A stretch of DNA of 40,417 bases, from the IMG/VR virus record IMGVR_UViG_3300036376_000002, positions 1 to 40,417 of that record; one strand, 5' to 3'. The number at the start of each line of letters is the position of its first letter. Position 1 is the first letter of the stretch. The notes beneath the pieces were generated by a model. That model did no database searches. It was not told the origin of the DNA and saw only the letters and a list, made by a program, of their open reading frames with translations. Both the position numbers and the translations under genes were made by a program. The DNA comes from a virus. Taxonomy: Duplodnaviria > Caudoviricetes. Positions 36,784 to 40,417 of this stretch are shown one piece after another.

Positions 36784-37081
36784 TCATACCGCTTTCGCCG
36801 GCAAGCCGATCCAGCCTGCCATCTATATCTGCGAAGAGTGCGCCATCGAGCACAACGGCGACGCCCGCGCGCTGCCGGCAGGCTGGGACCGGGTCACCGA
36901 TCCGCACAGCCACCAGACCAGCGTGCGCTGTCCGGATTGCCTCGAGGCGATCGAGCGCGACTGGGCCGAGGCCGTCGCCCTGCTCGGCTACGGGCCCGAC
37001 GCGGACCGCCTGCGCGGCGCGATCGCTGACATGGGCATCGCCGCCGCCCGCTTCACCGGCGCGCTGGGGCTGCGGTCATGA
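36770..37081 (+). CDS. Hypothetical Zn-ribbon protein
   Basis: CEEC...LPAGW...CPDC; GGGAG RBS. Confidence 0.7.
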   Translation: MHQPDHTAFAGKPIQPAIYICEECAIEHNGDARALPAGWDRVTDPHSHQTSVRCPDCLEAIERDWAEAVALLGYGPDADRLRGAIADMGIAAARFTGALGLRS

Positions 37082-37215
37082 CGCCGATCGCGCTCGTGGC
37101 CGGCGCATCGGCCAACGATCATGCGGTCGCTGCCAGCGCCACGCTCTCTGCGATCGCGATCGTCCTGCTCGGCCGCGCGATCGTCACCATTGCCGCTCGG
37201 GCCTTCCGCTCATGA
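37078..37215 (+). CDS. Small hydrophobic protein (45 aa)
   Basis: ATGA-coupled at both ends; read by hand. Confidence 0.5.
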   Translation: MTPIALVAGASANDHAVAASATLSAIAIVLLGRAIVTIAARAFRS

Positions 37216-37364
37216 GCCGGCGCCCGCCCCTCATCGACGGCCAGCACCGGCAGCGCAGCTGCTGGGTCGCGGCCTTCATCGACTGCGCCTTCCTCGCCGC
37301 CGCCGCAGCCATCGGCCTGCTGCTCGGCGCCGGCGAGATCATCATCGAAGGGATCAAGCCATGA
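37212..37364 (+). CDS. Small single-TM protein (50 aa)
   Basis: ATGA-coupled at both ends. Confidence 0.5.
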   Translation: MSRRPPLIDGQHRQRSCWVAAFIDCAFLAAAAAIGLLLGAGEIIIEGIKP

Positions 37365-37621
37365 ACGGCGGCTTCAGCCAGCACGTCCGCATCCTCGAAT
37401 CAACGATGGCCACCGCGACACCGGCCTGCATCGATACCGGGTCGGAGCCGGGCGCATGGGCCACTGCCCTCGCCCACAGCCCGACCTTGCACTGCGCCTG
37501 CTGCGGCGTGCCCGCGCACAGCTGTGCGGTGGTGCAGGAAGCCCGCGCCGAGGCGCTGGCGGACACCGCCGACGGCGCCGGCGGGCTAGGTGACTATCCG
37601 CCGGAGTTGCTGCTGTCATGA
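37361..37621 (+). CDS. Hypothetical Cys-containing protein (86 aa)
   Basis: ATGA-coupled; HCACC...HSC. Confidence 0.5.
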   Translation: MNGGFSQHVRILESTMATATPACIDTGSEPGAWATALAHSPTLHCACCGVPAHSCAVVQEARAEALADTADGAGGLGDYPPELLLS

Positions 37622-37998
37622 GCGACCTCTGCGCCCGCTGCGATGCCCCCCGGCCCGATGGTGCCGACTGGGCCCAGCACACCAGCGGCCTCACCTCCAC
37701 CTTCTACCTCGTCTGCCCCGCTTGCGAGGAGAAGAAGGGCGGCATGTCGATCCGCTCGGGGGACGTGAGCGCCACCGACGATCAGCTCAAACTCTTCATC
37801 GAACGCATCGAGCGCCTCGAGGAGGAGAAGCGCGGGCTCGCTGACGACATCCGCGACACCTACGCCGAGGCGAAGGCAGTCGGATACGACGCCAAGATCA
37901 TGCGCGAAGTCGTCAAGCTTCGCCGCCTTCACCCCAACGATCGCGCCGAACGAGACGCCTTGCTCGACACCTATCGGGCCGCGCTCGGCCTCGGCTGA
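37618..37998 (+). CDS. gapR: GapR/DUF2312 nucleoid-associated protein homologue with an N-terminal CxxC...CxxC extension
   Basis: QLKLFIERIERLEEEKRGLADDIRDTYAEAKAVGYDAKIMREVVKLR...LLDTYRAALG. Confidence 0.9.
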   Translation: MSDLCARCDAPRPDGADWAQHTSGLTSTFYLVCPACEEKKGGMSIRSGDVSATDDQLKLFIERIERLEEEKRGLADDIRDTYAEAKAVGYDAKIMREVVKLRRLHPNDRAERDALLDTYRAALGLG

Positions 37999-38024
37999 TT
38001 TCCCCATTCGACGGAGTCCCCGCC

Positions 38025-38261
38025 ATGACCTGCCGAAATGTCCGCCGTCATCGAGTGCCCCGCCAGCTCGAAGCTGCAGAGACCAAGCTGCGCCGCATGC
38101 TGCGCGAGCTCGAGCAGCTGAGGGCCGAACGCCTCTTCTGCGAGGAATATGCCTTTCGCCGACGCAAGTATCTGCCCGACGCAATCGACACCCTCACCGC
38201 TCGTATTGCCCGGCTTCGCGCCGAGGCAGCCGCCCTCGGCCTGCAGGAGCGCGCAGCATGA
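38025..38261 (+). CDS. Hypothetical coiled-coil protein (78 aa)
   Basis: GGAG RBS; internally repeated P.QLEA/PDAID helical pattern. Confidence 0.6.
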   Translation: MTCRNVRRHRVPRQLEAAETKLRRMLRELEQLRAERLFCEEYAFRRRKYLPDAIDTLTARIARLRAEAAALGLQERAA

Positions 38262-38419
38262 TGGTCCCTGCATGGGTCCTGCTCGCCATCGGCGGCTTCG
38301 GTATTGCTGGCATCGTCTGGCTCGCGTGGCAGGCCATCCGCCCGGCGCTCGAGGAATGGCGCACCCTGCAGGCCATCGCCCGCAACCTTCTCGGTGAGGA
38401 GGATGACCGCCATGGCTGA
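38258..38419 (+). CDS. Small single-TM protein (53 aa)
   Basis: Read by hand: MMVPAWVLLAIGGFGIAGIVWLAWQAIRP...; ATGA coupling. Confidence 0.55.
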   Translation: MMVPAWVLLAIGGFGIAGIVWLAWQAIRPALEEWRTLQAIARNLLGEEDDRHG

Positions 38420-38777
38420 TAGCTTCGCGCCTGGTCCCGCAGACTTCACGCCGCTCGCGACACCCGCGCTAGGCAGGGTCCTGCAGGCCCGCCTTCGGCA
38501 GATCGAACAGCACGGCCACACTGCAGCCGCAGATGACGCCGCCGGCGTCGGCAGACTGGTGTCCGTTGCCCGCGCCAAGATTTTGAAAACACTGCAGACG
38601 GCCTTTCGCGATATGGACAGCGATCTCCAGATGGCAGGCGACATGGCAATGGGCCGCATCGATGCGCTCACACCGACCGAGCTCGACCTTCTCGATCGCC
38701 GCATCGCCCAAGCCATCGCCACCGGGCTCGCTGCGATGGACGTTATCGATCGGGCGCGCGGGCAATATTGTGACTGA
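38412..38777 (+). CDS. Hypothetical phage protein (121 aa)
   Basis: GAGGAGG RBS; RLRQIEQHGHTAAADD motif. Confidence 0.65.
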   Translation: MADSFAPGPADFTPLATPALGRVLQARLRQIEQHGHTAAADDAAGVGRLVSVARAKILKTLQTAFRDMDSDLQMAGDMAMGRIDALTPTELDLLDRRIAQAIATGLAAMDVIDRARGQYCD

Positions 38778-39066
38778 ACGTCTGCTCTACCGTGAGGCAG
38801 ATGCGGCACGATTGCTGGCAATCTGTCCCCGCAATCTCCGCGCACTGCGCCAACAGGGGAAAATTCCATACATCTTGATCGGAAGGCGCGTCTGTTACAG
38901 CATCGACGATCTCCGCCGCTTTATTGAAAGCGCTCGTACATGCGTCTCTACACCCGCCCCGGATCGCCCTTCATCTGGTACGACGTCACCGTCGCCGGCG
39001 ATCGACTTCGCGGCTCATCGAAATGCACGACAAAGGTCGAAGCCCGCCGCGTCGTCCAGTCGCTGA
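38770..39066 (+). CDS. xis: Excisionase-like HTH protein
   Basis: LYREADAARLLAI...GKIPYILIGRRVCYSIDDLRRFI; overlaps the int start. Confidence 0.8.
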   Translation: MTERLLYREADAARLLAICPRNLRALRQQGKIPYILIGRRVCYSIDDLRRFIESARTCVSTPAPDRPSSGTTSPSPAIDFAAHRNARQRSKPAASSSR

Positions 39067-39968
39067 TCGAGGCCCGTCAGCGGCAGCGTGGCGTCAAGGA
39101 TGAATGGCGGCTGCGCGAGCTGACCGGCGCCTATTGGAACGACATCGGCCAGCACCGGAAAAGCGAAGAGGATATCTTCCGCTACCTCTCGGCGCTCAAC
39201 GACATCATCGGTCAGGACAAGCCGGTCAGCCAGATCGACACTGCCCTGCTGCTCGACTATCGCGCGCGCCGCCGCAGCTGGAGCAAGACAGGCTGCTCGA
39301 TCGTCACCGTCAACCGGGATCTGGCAACGCTCAAGGCAGCTATGAATCATGCGCGCGACGCATATGGCAAGCCGGTGCCGGCGATCGCTTGGTCCCGCGT
39401 GATGGTGAAGGAGAATCCATGGCGCACGCGCTACGCCAGCGCCGGCGAGTTCGCTCGCATCGTTGAACACGCTCACCCGTCGCTGCGGCCAATGATCATC
39501 GCGGCCGTCACCACTGGCCTCAGGCGCGGCAACATCCTCAAGCTGCAGTGGCACCAGGTCGACATGGACGGCGGCAATATCACATTGGGCACGATGAAGT
39601 CCGGCAAGCCCCATGCGGTCAAGATGACCGGCCCCCTGCGCGCAGCCCTCGCCACCCTACAGCCCGACGCCGACCAACGCCGCGGCCCGGTGTTCGATAC
39701 GAAGAACTGGCGCAGGCGATGGCACGCCTGCCGCACCGCGGCCAAAGTACCGGATCTGCGCTGGCACGATCTCCGCCACACCTTCGCCAGCTGGGCCCGC
39801 CTCGCCGGCGCCGACCTGCAGGGCCTGATGGAAGCAATGGACCACAGCAGCATCGCAGTCACAATGCGCTACAGCCACGTCACCCCGACGGCCGACAGCA
39901 GCGCCTTCGATAAGGTGGCATCGTTACTGGAACCAGCACCCAAGAAAGCAAAGGCAAAACGTGCATGA
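38940..39968 (+). CDS. int: Tyrosine integrase
   Basis: TGLRRGNI, K, HDLRHTFAS, DHS...TMRYSH catalytic residues; adjacent to attR. Confidence 0.95.
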   Translation: MRLYTRPGSPFIWYDVTVAGDRLRGSSKCTTKVEARRVVQSLIEARQRQRGVKDEWRLRELTGAYWNDIGQHRKSEEDIFRYLSALNDIIGQDKPVSQIDTALLLDYRARRRSWSKTGCSIVTVNRDLATLKAAMNHARDAYGKPVPAIAWSRVMVKENPWRTRYASAGEFARIVEHAHPSLRPMIIAAVTTGLRRGNILKLQWHQVDMDGGNITLGTMKSGKPHAVKMTGPLRAALATLQPDADQRRGPVFDTKNWRRRWHACRTAAKVPDLRWHDLRHTFASWARLAGADLQGLMEAMDHSSIAVTMRYSHVTPTADSSAFDKVASLLEPAPKKAKAKRA

Positions 39969-40231
39969 GACACTTGGCCTCCATCGCCGCCATTTTCATT
40001 CTATCAGCGTGCGCTCCTTCAGCCCCTGATATTGACGACACCGAGAGCATTGCCAGCAACGCTGCGATCGAGGCCATCGACGATAGCAGCCGCATAGGAA
40101 ACATGCAGAACGAGATCGACGAGCTCAAATCGAACCTCGAATATGCCAATTCGGATATCGACGACCTCAAAAGTGAGGTGTCACGCCTTCGGTCGGAGAT
40201 CGACGCGCTCCACTCGCGCACCGGCTATTGA
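39965..40231 (+). CDS. Small coiled-coil lipoprotein (88 aa)
   Basis: Lipobox LSA-C; heptad repeats IDELKS/IDDLKS/IDAL; ATGA-coupled to int. Confidence 0.75.
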   Translation: MRHLASIAAIFILSACAPSAPDIDDTESIASNAAIEAIDDSSRIGNMQNEIDELKSNLEYANSDIDDLKSEVSRLRSEIDALHSRTGY

Positions 40232-40249
40232 GGCACAATCAACGGCACA
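40232..40249 (+). repeat. Putative integrase arm-type sites (GGCACA x2)
   Basis: GGCACA at 40232 and 40244, matching the three copies at 226-254. Confidence 0.55.
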
Positions 40250-40290
40250 GCGCCTGCAAAGACCCAACTAATCCGCCAAAAACCGCCAGC

Positions 40291-40333
<43 letters not shown>

Positions 40334-40349
40334 CAGATGCGCGGGGCGC

Positions 40350-40379
40350 GGTGTAGCGGGGCGGGGCTGCATGCGTCAA
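40350..40379 (-). promoter_or_regulatory. Original host tRNA promoter, now pointing into the prophage
   Basis: Minus strand TTGACG - 16 nt - GCTACACC, close to the Caulobacter housekeeping consensus TTGACG...GCTANAWC; 20 nt upstream of the tRNA half. Confidence 0.7.
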
Positions 40380-40417
40380 TCGCGGGCACGCGCAGGGCGC
40401 GGTGCGTGAGGCTCAGT

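Noticed and set aside
38940-39066. 127-nt xis/int overlap as a frameshift or novel fusion
   Set aside because: int has its own ATG and a normal N-terminal arm-binding region; the xis tail is low-complexity and no slippery site is evident

Overview
The window holds one apparently complete P2-like (Peduovirus-type morphogenesis) temperate prophage, attL 89-127 to attR 40291-40329, with a predicted excised circle of 40,202 bp. It is integrated in the anticodon loop of a tRNA-Arg(CCT) gene of a high-GC alphaproteobacterium; the host class is inferred from a GTTC-N7-GTTC LexA box, a GapR homologue and the promoter style. It encodes a full P2-type head and contractile tail with a reshuffled baseplate gene order, a P2-like cos, three Ogr-type late-promoter palindromes, a lambda-like CI/Cro switch, a P4-alpha-like primase-helicase, xis/int, and low-GC cargo at three loci. 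Most notable: (1) the duplicated att sequence is the 5' half of the tRNA, so the intact tRNA sits behind a phage-supplied promoter while the host promoter points into the prophage; (2) the only plausible endolysin is a DUF2778/Tlde1-type L,D-peptidase; (3) a 1066-aa metallophosphoesterase-NACHT candidate defence protein; (4) a ~300-bp palindromic GACCTAAY iteron array (candidate origin); (5) a LexA-boxed Cys-rich gene and a PadR/small-partner pair in the cos-portal hotspot. All family calls come from motif recognition by eye; no database search was run.
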